DNA of 64,000 bases from Actinomycetota bacterium (GCA_039188975.1 JBCCYT010000005.1:2251-66250), one strand, 5' to 3'. Counted from the stretch's first letter, positions 7,012 to 16,150 are shown. Numbers and translations: made by a program. Notes: a model not told the origin generated them from the sequence alone.

Positions 7012-9386
7012 TCCGCAACGACGCCGTCGATCCTGGATCGCCACCTGCGGCACCCGACGCCGTCGAAGACCTCCGGTTGACGCGCTCGCAGTACCTGCTG
7101 CTCGGCTTGATGCTTCTCCTGGTCGGGGTGATCGGCCTGCTGATGACCCGCGCCAGTCGCGATGTGGCCGACCGGTCGTTGGCGCTCGCCTACGAGCTGC
7201 AAGACGTCCTTGGCGACCGGAGCAGTCTGGAACGACAGATCGTCAAGTTGGACGAAGACGTCGAGGCGTGGCGAGCTGGTGAGGCCGACGCCGCGTCGGT
7301 TGAGCTGTCGGCTGCCCTGGTGGAACGACAACTGCGCACGGCGCTCGACGAGGCGGCCGTCGATCCACGCCTCGCCGAACAGGTCGAGGTGATTCGTGCC
7401 AGCCTCGATGGCATCCGCGAGATCGCCTCGATCGGCCGCCCGCCGCGGTCGAGTCCCACCGATGAAGCCCTTCAGGCCCTGGTCGACGATGCGATGAGTG
7501 CATCGAGACAGATACTGAGCGATCGCGAAATCCGCAACGTCGAGCTGGTCCTCGATCTCGAGGATGACGTCGACGCCGCCCAGAAGGTCGTGGTCGTCGC
7601 GGCTGCGCTCACCTTGGTACTCATCGTGTTGCTGGTCGTCTTGATGTGGTGGATCCATCGCACCAACTACCGAAACGCCAGCGAACACCTCACGCAGGAA
7701 CAGCAGCGATACCTCGGCGCTCGGGCCGACAAGGATCGTGCGGAGGCGCTCGCGCTCATCCAGACCGAGATTCTCGAGCTGGTCGCGACCGACCGCCCCG
7801 CCCGCGAGGTCTTCGATCGCATCAAGCACCGAACTGCCGAACATCTCCCTGGGATCGAACTGCAGTTCTGTGTGGGTGCCGATCCGAGCAACCCGCTGCG
7901 GGCCGGTGCCGCGCCGATGGTCGCTCGCGAGTCGAACATGGTGCTCGGTGAGCTCGAATGGACGTGTGAGAACGGCGTCGCCCCGCCCGCCGACTTCGAA
8001 CTGATCCTCGCCTTCGCTGCTGGCCTCGGCGCCCTTGCCGTCGACCGCCACGAGGCCGCCGAGGCAATGGTGTTCCAGGCAACGCACGACTCGCTCACCG
8101 GGCTGCCCAACCGCAGCCTGCTGACGACCACGGTCGAACAGGCACTCGCTCGTTCGAAAACGAAGAACACCCAGGTCGCCCTCCTGTTCCTCGATCTCGA
8201 TCGTTTCAAGGTGATCAACGACACGTTCGGTCACGACGCCGGCGATCAGATCCTGATGCACTTCTCTCGTTGTCTCATGTCGAGCGTGCGGGCTGCTGAC
8301 ACGGTGGCCCGACTCGCGGGCGACGAATTCGTCGTGCTGATGGAGGACGCCGGCGAACTCGAACAGGTCGAACAAACCGCCCGCCGTATCCAGGCTGCGC
8401 TCGAAGCGCCAGTCGACGTCGACGGTGTGCCGATCCAGCTCGCAGCGTGCATCGGCATCGCGCACGGCGATGGCGACATGACCGTCGACGAGCTGCTTCG
8501 CAACGCCGACCTCGCCATGTATCGCGCCAAGAAGAACGGTCGAGATCGCTTCGAGTTCTTCGACGAGGACCTTCGGGACTGGACAGAGCGGCGCACCGAC
8601 ATGGAGCTTGCGCTGCGAGCCGCGATCGATCATGGCGAGCTCGAAGCGCACTTCCAGCCCCTGTTCGATACCGAAAGTCTGCGAATCGTGGCGTTCGAAT
8701 CGCTGGTGCGCTGGAACCGACCAGGCGTCGGCATGGTGAGTCCGGGCGAATTCATCGAGTTGGCCGAAGAGGTCGGGTTCGTCGACCGCATCGACCGGTT
8801 CATGCTGCGCGCCGCCATCGAAGCCGTCACCGAGCTCCGAGCGATCACCCCGACGGTCGTGGTCGGTGTCAATGTCTCGGCCCGAGATCTCTCTCACCCT
8901 GATTTCGTCGAGGACGTCGAAGCGCTCCTTCGGAGTACCGGCACCCAGCCATCAGCGCTCGTCTTGGAGATCACCGAGACAACCATGGTGGAAGACGCCG
9001 AGTTGATCGCCGAAGGACTCGAGCGGTTGCGAGCCATCGGTGTACAGATCGCCATCGACGACTTCGGTACCGGCTACTCGTCGCTTCGCTACCTCCGGGA
9101 TCTGCCCGCTGACCACCTCAAGGTCGATCAGGCCTTCGTGAGCGGCAGCTACGACTCCGAGTTGGCTGATCCGCAGATCGTTGCGTCGGTCATCGATCTT
9201 GGGCATGCCGTCGGGCTCGAGGTCATCGCCGAAGGTGTCGAGACGACCGCTCAGCTCGAGGCGCTGAAGATCCTCGGCGCCGATGTGGTGCAGGGCTTTT
9301 TGCTGAGTCGTCCCCTCAACCTCGAGAACGCCAAGTCGTTGCTGCAGACCGGGCTCGACCCGAGCGATCTGCGCGCCTCGGTCTGA
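7008..9386 (+). CDS. Membrane-bound GGDEF-EAL protein (diguanylate cyclase/phosphodiesterase) with a helical extracytoplasmic sensor loop
   Basis: Track ORF 6975..9386. The ATG at 7008 overlaps the upstream stop (ATGA). Two TM segments (YLLLGLMLLLVGVIGLLMT and VVVAAALTLVLIVLLVVLMWWI) flank ~170 helical residues. GGDEF domain carries RAAD I-site plus AGDEF. EAL domain carries ESLVRW, EITE, DDFGTGYSSL, KVDQAFV, EGVET and QGFL. Confidence 0.9.
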   Translation: MIRNDAVDPGSPPAAPDAVEDLRLTRSQYLLLGLMLLLVGVIGLLMTRASRDVADRSLALAYELQDVLGDRSSLERQIVKLDEDVEAWRAGEADAASVELSAALVERQLRTALDEAAVDPRLAEQVEVIRASLDGIREIASIGRPPRSSPTDEALQALVDDAMSASRQILSDREIRNVELVLDLEDDVDAAQKVVVVAAALTLVLIVLLVVLMWWIHRTNYRNASEHLTQEQQRYLGARADKDRAEALALIQTEILELVATDRPAREVFDRIKHRTAEHLPGIELQFCVGADPSNPLRAGAAPMVARESNMVLGELEWTCENGVAPPADFELILAFAAGLGALAVDRHEAAEAMVFQATHDSLTGLPNRSLLTTTVEQALARSKTKNTQVALLFLDLDRFKVINDTFGHDAGDQILMHFSRCLMSSVRAADTVARLAGDEFVVLMEDAGELEQVEQTARRIQAALEAPVDVDGVPIQLAACIGIAHGDGDMTVDELLRNADLAMYRAKKNGRDRFEFFDEDLRDWTERRTDMELALRAAIDHGELEAHFQPLFDTESLRIVAFESLVRWNRPGVGMVSPGEFIELAEEVGFVDRIDRFMLRAAIEAVTELRAITPTVVVGVNVSARDLSHPDFVEDVEALLRSTGTQPSALVLEITETTMVEDAELIAEGLERLRAIGVQIAIDDFGTGYSSLRYLRDLPADHLKVDQAFVSGSYDSELADPQIVASVIDLGHAVGLEVIAEGVETTAQLEALKILGADVVQGFLLSRPLNLENAKSLLQTGLDPSDLRASV

Positions 9387-9494
9387 CCCACGCACCCTCT
9401 CGGCGTCGAGGCCGTCGACACGCGCCGCGTGCGCTCAGCGTAGGACACCCGGGAGTGCCACCGCCTCGTCACACCCGCCCGCTACGTTCGCCGT

Positions 9495-11603
9495 ATGGCT
9501 CCCAAGAAAGCAGCGGCGAACAAGAAGGCCGCCTCGTCCTCGGGGTATGACGCCGATGCCATCCAGACACTGGAGGGCCTCGACGCGGTCCGCAAACGCC
9601 CCGGCATGTACATCGGTGGCACCGGCTCCGATGGCCTCATGCACCTGGTGTGGGAGTTGATCGACAATGCGGTCGACGAGGCGTCGGCCGGCTTTGCCTC
9701 GAAGGTCGATGTCACGCTGCACCGCGACAAGTCGATCGAGGTCGCCGACAACGGCCGCGGTATTCCGATCGGCATGCACGCCCGCAAGAAGGTCTCTGCG
9801 CTTGAAGTCGTGTTCACCGAACTCCATGCGGGCGGCAAGTTCGGCGGTGGCGCCTACTCGTCGTCGGGCGGGCTGCACGGCGTTGGTGCGTCGGTGGTGA
9901 ATGCACTCGCCTCGAAGCTCATCGCCGAGGTCGACCGCGAGGGTCACACCCATGTTCTGGGTTTCAAGGAACGGGTTGCCGGCCAGTTCGCCGACGCGGC
10001 GGGTGGCGGCCGGTTCAAGAAGGGCCACGCCCTCACGAAAGCCAAGCGCATCTCGAAGAACAAGACGGGTACTCGGGTTCGCTTCTGGCCCGACTTCGAC
10101 ATCTTCGATCCCGATGCGGTGATCGATGTCGACGAGATCTGCACCCGAGCGACCCAGGCATGCTTCCTCGTGCCGGGGATGAAGGTCTCGGTCACCGACA
10201 AGCGCACGGCGTCCGGGGTCGGCGAGGGTTCGCGACTGGCCGAGCCGTTCGAGTTCGTGAGCCGGGGCGGTCTCGCCGATCTGGTCGAACACCTGTCGAC
10301 GGGTTCGCCGGTCAATCAGATCATCACGTGTTCGGGTATCGACACGTTCACCGAGAAGGTGCCGGTCGACGGCAAGATGACCGATGTCGACCGTGAGTGT
10401 CGCGTCGATGTCGCCGTGCGGTGGACGACTGGCTACGACACCAAGATTGCCTCGTTCGTGAACACGATCCCGACGAGCCAGGGCGGCACCCATCAGGCCG
10501 GCTTCGACAAGGCATTGACCAGAGTCGTGAACAATGTCGTGCTCAAGGACAGCCGCAAGCTGGCCAAGCTGAAGAAAGAGGACAAACACAAGGCGGTGAA
10601 GGACGATGTCCAGGAGGGGCTTGTCGCTGCGATCAAGGTGACGTTCCCCGAGCCGCAGTTCCGGGGACAGACCAAACAGGAGCTGGGCACGCCCGCCATC
10701 GAAGGCATCGTGAGTCGGATCGCCTACGAACAACTCAAGGAGTGGTTCGAACCCAACGGCGGGCCGCGCAGCCATGTGAAGGCCATCGCCGACAAGCTGG
10801 CGACCGCGATCCAGAACCGGGTCGCGTCGAAACAGGTGCTCGAGAACAAGCGCAAGGCAGCGCGGCTCGGGTCGACCGGCATGCCAGAGAAGTTGGCGGA
10901 CTGTCGCAAGCACGGCGCCGACAGCGAGATCATCTTGGTCGAGGGTGACTCGGCCGCTGGGCCCGCGAAGCGGGGTCGTGATTCAGAGACGATGGCCATC
11001 CTGCCGTTGCGAGGCAAGGTGGTGAACGCGGCGAAGGCGAGCCAGAAGCAGGTGCTCGACAATGCCGAGGCCCAAGCCCTGTTCACGTCGGTTGGCGCCG
11101 GTGCCGGGCGGGATTTCACGCTCGACGACGCCCGGTACGGCCGCATCGTGATCCTCTGCGACGCCGATGTGGATGGCAGCCACATCCGCTGCCTGCTGCT
11201 CACCCTCATCCATGAGTACATGCGGCCCATGCTCGAGGCGGGCAATGTCTACGCTGCGCAGCCGCCCCTCTACACGACGAAGGTCGGCGACGACATCTAT
11301 CGGGTCTACAGCGACGATGAGCGCGAAGCGGTCACCGACGAGCTGTGCAAAGGAAACCGCAAGCGCGAGAACATCAAGTGGCAGCGGTTCAAGGGGCTCG
11401 GCGAGATGAACGTCGACGAGCTTCGCCATTGTGCGCTCGACCCCGAGACGCGAACGTTGAAGCGATTGACCATGGACGACGCGAAGCAGGCCAAGGAAGC
11501 GGCGAAGATGTTCGACGTGCTGATGGGCAACGACGTGAGCGTCCGCCGCGATTTTCTCGTGAAGAACTCGGCCCTGGTCGACGCCGCCACGCTCGACGTC
11601 TAG
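9495..11603 (+). CDS. Type IIA DNA topoisomerase subunit B (GyrB/ParE family; stand-alone, ParE-like context)
   Basis: 702-aa ORF. LEGLDAVRKRPGMYIGGTG, ELIDNAVDEA, EGDSAGG-type block (VEGDSAAGPAKRGRD), PLRGKVVN and DADVDGSHI Toprim motifs. No A subunit and no dnaA/recF neighbours in the window. Confidence 0.9.
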   Translation: MAPKKAAANKKAASSSGYDADAIQTLEGLDAVRKRPGMYIGGTGSDGLMHLVWELIDNAVDEASAGFASKVDVTLHRDKSIEVADNGRGIPIGMHARKKVSALEVVFTELHAGGKFGGGAYSSSGGLHGVGASVVNALASKLIAEVDREGHTHVLGFKERVAGQFADAAGGGRFKKGHALTKAKRISKNKTGTRVRFWPDFDIFDPDAVIDVDEICTRATQACFLVPGMKVSVTDKRTASGVGEGSRLAEPFEFVSRGGLADLVEHLSTGSPVNQIITCSGIDTFTEKVPVDGKMTDVDRECRVDVAVRWTTGYDTKIASFVNTIPTSQGGTHQAGFDKALTRVVNNVVLKDSRKLAKLKKEDKHKAVKDDVQEGLVAAIKVTFPEPQFRGQTKQELGTPAIEGIVSRIAYEQLKEWFEPNGGPRSHVKAIADKLATAIQNRVASKQVLENKRKAARLGSTGMPEKLADCRKHGADSEIILVEGDSAAGPAKRGRDSETMAILPLRGKVVNAAKASQKQVLDNAEAQALFTSVGAGAGRDFTLDDARYGRIVILCDADVDGSHIRCLLLTLIHEYMRPMLEAGNVYAAQPPLYTTKVGDDIYRVYSDDEREAVTDELCKGNRKRENIKWQRFKGLGEMNVDELRHCALDPETRTLKRLTMDDAKQAKEAAKMFDVLMGNDVSVRRDFLVKNSALVDAATLDV

Positions 11604-11610
11604 GGGCGGG

Positions 11611-12450
11611 CTAGTTCCGGGTGAAGGTGCCGCCAAGGTTGGCGGCTTCAAACCCCTCCGGCGTCTGTCCGGAGGTTGCGTACATGTACAGCGCAGCGCG
11701 GAAGATGCCGCTGAGGGCGCTGACCACGGCGAGTACGAGCGCGATCCATGCCGCGGCGATCAAGAACGCCGCGACGGTGAACGCAGTGACGCCGGCGGCG
11801 GCTGCGAGGACGACGAGCAGCACGGCCGGGATGATCGCCACGAAGCTCAGCAGCCCGAACCCGACCTGTGACGCAAGGTTCTCACCCCAGGTTTGCCGAA
11901 GGAGCCCGGTCGAGGTCTTGAACCCGTCGATCGGGCCCTTGTTGTCGATGACGATGGCAGGGATGGTGAGGAACGAGGCGACGTTCCAGGCCATTTCGAT
12001 GCCGCCAAGCAAGAGGTTGGCCAGCCAGCCAGCTCGTTCGCGGAGAGCTTGGATGATCATGCCGACGGTGGCGGTGAGGATCGCCCAGGGCACGAGGCCC
12101 CCGATGCGTTGGGCGGCCTTACCGATGGCGCTGCCGACGGTGGGGTCGCCGCCGCTCATGCGCTCGTGGGCGCCGGCGACGAGTGCGCCGGTGAAGAAGA
12201 CACTGACGATCGTGGCGGCGAAGGAGCCGAGCACGAACAGGATGACCGACAGGGCGGGAAGCGCTTGCTCCTCGGATGCGCCGCTCGTCGTTTCCTCGGG
12301 CAACGCCAGGATGCCAGGAACAACGAACACGGCGAGCACGATCAGGCCAACGAAGAAGCTCAGGACCGGGAGCACGATCAGTTCACGGTCTTTTTGCAGC
12401 ACCCCCCAGGAGGTCTTCGCCAAATCGATCGTGTTCCTGATTCGTCCCAT
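11611..12450 (-). CDS. Polytopic membrane protein (DUF6159-like)
   Basis: 279-aa ORF. N-terminus MGRIRNTIDLAKTSWGVLQKDRELIVLPVLSF followed by 5-6 hydrophobic segments. This resembles the conserved actinobacterial DUF6159 family as I remember it. Confidence 0.65.
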   Translation of the reverse strand: MGRIRNTIDLAKTSWGVLQKDRELIVLPVLSFFVGLIVLAVFVVPGILALPEETTSGASEEQALPALSVILFVLGSFAATIVSVFFTGALVAGAHERMSGGDPTVGSAIGKAAQRIGGLVPWAILTATVGMIIQALRERAGWLANLLLGGIEMAWNVASFLTIPAIVIDNKGPIDGFKTSTGLLRQTWGENLASQVGFGLLSFVAIIPAVLLVVLAAAAGVTAFTVAAFLIAAAWIALVLAVVSALSGIFRAALYMYATSGQTPEGFEAANLGGTFTRN

Positions 12451-12459
12451 GGCGTGAGT

Positions 12460-13851
12460 CTAGGCAGCGGGTTCGATGTCGTCAGCAGCACTGTCGTCAG
12501 CAGCACTGCGCCGATCTTGGACGCGGCGCCGAAGCCGCCCGAACGCGGCGCGACCTCGAGCCGAACGGGACTGATCGCCGGGACGAAATCCGAGCTGACG
12601 GGTGAGTGCGCCGGTGTCAAAGACGAGTTCGTGCTGCACCACGAAGCCCTCTTCGAGCTGGACGAGCGAGACGACGTCGAGGTCGACGGTTCGACCGTTG
12701 GCAACGACCCCATGCCATGGTTCACCACTGAACGTGCCGGTCATGCGGTAGCGGGCGGTTGCGGCGTGCCCGGTGCCGTTTGCGTCGTCGAGTTCGATGG
12801 TGAGGTCGGGCAGCGCGCCGAAGAGCGCATCGAGCTCACTGCGGAGCTGGTCGGGTACCGCGACCTCGCCGAAGAGCGGGTGGCGCTCGACGCCGCGACG
12901 GTGCCAGGTGGCCAGCACCGCATCGGTGTCGCGTGCGGAGTACGCCCCGAGCATCGCCTCGATGGCACCAACCCCGTTGTGGGCGCGTGCCGCGTCGGCC
13001 TCGAGCCCGGTCCGGGCCTTCCATTCTCGGTCGGAGCGTTCGGCGTCGACCTCGGCGCCGACGATGATCGCAAGCGCCGAGAGCTGGAACCACAGCAACA
13101 ACACGACGATGGTGGCCAGCGGGCCGTACGTTTCGCCGTAACTTCCGAGGTTGGCGGTGTAGAAGGAGAACAGCCCGGACAACACGACGAACAGCACGGT
13201 GGCGACAAGACCGCCCACGGTGATCAGGGTTGGTGCGAGTGGTTTGTCGTTGCCTCGGTGATCGGGGCCGAGCCGGTACAGGACCGAGAGTCCGATCGCC
13301 ATGACGGCTCCCAGGATCGGGAAGCGAAGGGTGTTCAACGCCAACGAGGCGACCCCTCCGAGGCCGACGTTGCTGAGCAGCGGTGGCAGCGCCGCCATGA
13401 GAAAGGTCACGACCAGCAACAAGACGATGCCGCCGAGCATCAGCCCGATGGCAAGCCCGCGCAGGATCCATGGTTTGCGGGTTTCATCGAGTTCGTAGGC
13501 GACGTTGAGCGACTTGATGAGGTTGGCGACGGCACCAGAGGCGGAAAAGAGTGCAAGCCCGATGGAGATGGCGACGCTGAGGCCGAGAGCGCCGCCACTT
13601 CCGCCGGCGATCGACGACATCTGCTCGACGAGGAAGTCGCGTGTCGTCTCCGGAGCGCCTTCGAGTGCTTCGCTGAGCTGATCGGTGACATCGTTGGGGT
13701 CAGACACCAAGCCGTAGATGCCGATGATGCCGGGCAGCGCCGGGATCAACGCGAGGAAGGCAAAGAAGGCAACCCCACCCGCGAAGATCGGTGCGTTGTG
13801 GCGGCTGATGCGATCCTTGATGGCGAGCGCGAGGTCCTTCACGTCGTTCAC
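12460..13851 (-). CDS. YihY/BrkB-family membrane protein fused to a C-terminal SnoaL/ester-cyclase-like (NTF2-fold) domain
   Basis: Track ORF 12460..13992, but its first 47 codons overlap the upstream gene. I place the start at in-frame GTG 13851 (VNDVKDLALAIKDRISRHNAPIFAGGVAFFAFLALIPAL, the YihY N-terminal signature). The C-terminal ~130 aa (ATARYRMTGTFSGEPWHGVVANGRTVDLDVVSLVQLEEGFVVQHELVFD) look like predicted ester cyclases. Confidence 0.75.
   Translation of the reverse strand: MNDVKDLALAIKDRISRHNAPIFAGGVAFFAFLALIPALPGIIGIYGLVSDPNDVTDQLSEALEGAPETTRDFLVEQMSSIAGGSGGALGLSVAISIGLALFSASGAVANLIKSLNVAYELDETRKPWILRGLAIGLMLGGIVLLLVVTFLMAALPPLLSNVGLGGVASLALNTLRFPILGAVMAIGLSVLYRLGPDHRGNDKPLAPTLITVGGLVATVLFVVLSGLFSFYTANLGSYGETYGPLATIVVLLLWFQLSALAIIVGAEVDAERSDREWKARTGLEADAARAHNGVGAIEAMLGAYSARDTDAVLATWHRRGVERHPLFGEVAVPDQLRSELDALFGALPDLTIELDDANGTGHAATARYRMTGTFSGEPWHGVVANGRTVDLDVVSLVQLEEGFVVQHELVFDTGALTRQLGFRPGDQSRSARGRAAFGRLRRRVQDRRSAADDSAADDIEPAA
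12477..12506. repeat. Perfect 15-bp tandem duplication (x2) in the last codons of the YihY-fusion gene
   Basis: TGTCGTCAGCAGCAC occurs twice back to back. On the minus strand this encodes SAADD-SAADD just before the stop. Confidence 0.95.
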
Positions 13852-13895
13852 GACGTCGAGGCTAGGCGACTGGTCGCGTGACAGGTCGAGGCCGG

Positions 13896-14927
13896 TCAGA
13901 TCTTGGCGGTGATTGGTTCGTGCCGGCCCGATTCCTGCATGGCGACGAGGCCCAGGCCGGTGAAGCCCGCCATCATGATGGCGCCACCCCAAATCTCCGG
14001 CGGCCAGCGAATGGTCTGCACGTCAGCGGCGAGCAGGAAGTAGGTCGAGAAGGTGACAACCGGGCCGATGAACGCGGCCACGGCAACCCGCCGGGTCGAC
14101 GCAAACCGGAAGGTGATGTCGAATGCGACGCCACCGACCGCCAGGGCTTGGACCGCCGTGGCGTCGTGGTCGAATGCGTACATCTCGAGCAGCGCTGCGA
14201 ACGTCCAGATGCCGGTCGCGGAACCAAACGGCAAGGCCCATCGCCGAGCGATCAGCAACAGCGGCCCCGCCAGCACGATCACCTGGACGACGACGGCGGC
14301 AAGAAAGAGCGAAACGTATTCCCAGCCTTCGCTGGTCCGCGGTTCGAAGCGGATGCCGACGATCCATGTCTCGGAAAGCAAGAAGAGGTACTCCGTGAAG
14401 AACACGAGCAATGCGGTCGTGAGCGCGGCGGCGCCGACGGCGAGCGCAGGCGACGGGTCGTGGCGGGCGGCCGCGGCCCGTACCGGTGTCCACAGCAGCA
14501 AGAGCCCGCCGATGAAGAGGATGAGGTGGGTGGGGGACAGGAGCGCGTCGATGCCGACCTCGACCCCGAAGATCGTGTGCCAGATCCCGTCGCCAATTCC
14601 GCCGAGCGCGAAGATCCCGACGCCGAAGACCGCGTACTGGTAGCCGTCTGGAAACCATGTCATCACCGGGGCGGCCGATGCACGACGTCGTCCGATCACG
14701 AAAATCCATCCGGCCAGCGAGAGGAATGCGGCATAGAAGATCGCGTGCCACGGTGTGAAGAAGTCTTCGGTCTCGGTGTCGATGATGTTGACGTGGGCGT
14801 ATCCATCGATGAACAGCCCGGCGATCAGCCATGCGGTAATGACGAGGGTGATGGCGTCTTCGGTTGACGTCGAAGCCGTCGAAGCCGTCGTCGCCGGTGC
14901 CGCCGCACCCGTGCGAGTCAGAGTCAT
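13896..14927 (-). CDS. Polytopic membrane protein, unknown family
   Basis: 343-aa ORF with ~9 hydrophobic segments and recurring His/Asp-containing loops (DGYAHVNIID, GDGIWHTIFG, SPTHLILF). An in-frame stop lies 2 codons upstream of the ATG. Confidence 0.65.
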   Translation of the reverse strand: MTLTRTGAAAPATTASTASTSTEDAITLVITAWLIAGLFIDGYAHVNIIDTETEDFFTPWHAIFYAAFLSLAGWIFVIGRRRASAAPVMTWFPDGYQYAVFGVGIFALGGIGDGIWHTIFGVEVGIDALLSPTHLILFIGGLLLLWTPVRAAAARHDPSPALAVGAAALTTALLVFFTEYLFLLSETWIVGIRFEPRTSEGWEYVSLFLAAVVVQVIVLAGPLLLIARRWALPFGSATGIWTFAALLEMYAFDHDATAVQALAVGGVAFDITFRFASTRRVAVAAFIGPVVTFSTYFLLAADVQTIRWPPEIWGGAIMMAGFTGLGLVAMQESGRHEPITAKI

Positions 14928-14944
14928 GTGGCACTATCGGCCAT

Positions 14945-16150
14945 GTGACAGTCGATTTCAACGAGATCATCGATCGGGAGGGCACCGCCGCGGTCGCCTC
15001 TGAGTCCTACCGCGAGTTTTTGCTGGGCGATGTCCCGGACGATGCGCTGCCACCACCGGATGCCGATGTGCTGTCGATGTGGGTGGCGGACATGGATGTT
15101 GCGGCCCCACCGGTTGCGATGGAGGCGATGCGAGCCCGGCTCGATCGGCGAATTCTGGGGTACACCAAAGCGAAGGACGACGCCTATGTCGCCGCCTTTC
15201 TGGGGTGGTGTGATCGCCGCTATCGCTGGTCGTTCGATCCAGAGCATCTGGTGATCGGTCGTGGGGTCGTCCCTGCGTTGGTCGACCTGATCGACATCAT
15301 GTGTGACGACGGCGACAAGATCGCAACCATCACGCCGGCTTATCACTGGTTTGAAGAGGCGCCTGAGCAGCACGGGCTCGAACTGGTGACCTGTCCGCTC
15401 ACCATCGTCGATGAGCGGACGACCGTTGACCTGGTGGCGCTGGAGGCCTTGCTGGCCGACCCAGCCGTCACGTTGCTCTTGTGGTGCCACCCGCACAACC
15501 CGGTGGGTCGGGAGTGGAGCGATGATGAGCTCATCGCCGTGGCCGACCTGTGTCGCACCCATGGGGTGCGCATCATTTCTGATGAGATCCACGCCGATCT
15601 GCTGCGGTCGGGTCGGCGCCACACACCGCTGGCGTCACTGGTTCCCGCCGACGATGAGGTCATCACGTGCTTGGCGCCGAGTAAGACATTCAACCTGGCG
15701 GGCTTGCTGTTTTCGAACATCATCATTCCCAATGACGACGTGCGCGAGGAGATGGACAAGCGGGCGCCAGGCATCACCAATCCGTTGAGCCTGGCCGCCG
15801 CCACTGCGGTGTACCGCGACGGTGATGAGTGGCTCGATGCGCTGCGCGAGCATCTGGACCACAACCTGCGGCTGGTCGGTGAGACGATTGCCTCTCGGCT
15901 GCCCAACGCCCGCTTCGAGATGCCTGACGCGACCTATCTGGCCTGGATCGATCTCGGTGACCATGTCGATGGGATCGATGATCTCAGCGCCTTCTTTGCT
16001 CGGGAGGCCCACGTGTTGGTCGAAGGGCCTCACAAGTTCGTTGCGGACGCTGAACGGTGCATCCGGCTCAATGTGGCGTGCCCGACGGCCAAGGTCGTCG
16101 ATGCCCTCGACCGGATGATCACCGCCCTCGAAGCGCGTCCCGGGTTCTAG
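14945..16150 (+). CDS. MalY/PatB-type PLP-dependent C-S lyase (class I/II aminotransferase fold)
   Basis: Track ORF 14864..16150. The family N-terminus (FNEIIDREGTAAV...) begins right after in-frame GTG 14945. Also SDEIHADL and APSKTFNLAGL (PLP lysine) blocks. Confidence 0.85.
   Translation: MTVDFNEIIDREGTAAVASESYREFLLGDVPDDALPPPDADVLSMWVADMDVAAPPVAMEAMRARLDRRILGYTKAKDDAYVAAFLGWCDRRYRWSFDPEHLVIGRGVVPALVDLIDIMCDDGDKIATITPAYHWFEEAPEQHGLELVTCPLTIVDERTTVDLVALEALLADPAVTLLLWCHPHNPVGREWSDDELIAVADLCRTHGVRIISDEIHADLLRSGRRHTPLASLVPADDEVITCLAPSKTFNLAGLLFSNIIIPNDDVREEMDKRAPGITNPLSLAAATAVYRDGDEWLDALREHLDHNLRLVGETIASRLPNARFEMPDATYLAWIDLGDHVDGIDDLSAFFAREAHVLVEGPHKFVADAERCIRLNVACPTAKVVDALDRMITALEARPGF

Noticed and set aside
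6822-8897. 691-aa minus-strand ORF antisense to the GGDEF-EAL gene. Similar long shadow ORFs: 9435..10913(-), 11893..13881(+), 18676..20091(+), 20320..21681(+), 24577..26058(+), 38505..39929(-), 43201..44532(-), 58463..60418(-), 61584..63344(-)
   Set aside because: Each lies opposite or out of frame to a gene with unmistakable family motifs. They lack any motif I recognise and have Arg/Gly/Asp/His-heavy composition. Several span two or three real genes, which is expected for stop-poor antisense frames in high-GC genomes.
13852-13992. N-terminal 47 codons of track ORF 12460..13992
   Set aside because: This stretch overlaps the 3' end of the upstream membrane-protein gene by ~100 nt and is Arg/Gly/Pro-rich. 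The YihY family N-terminus begins after the in-frame GTG at 13851.
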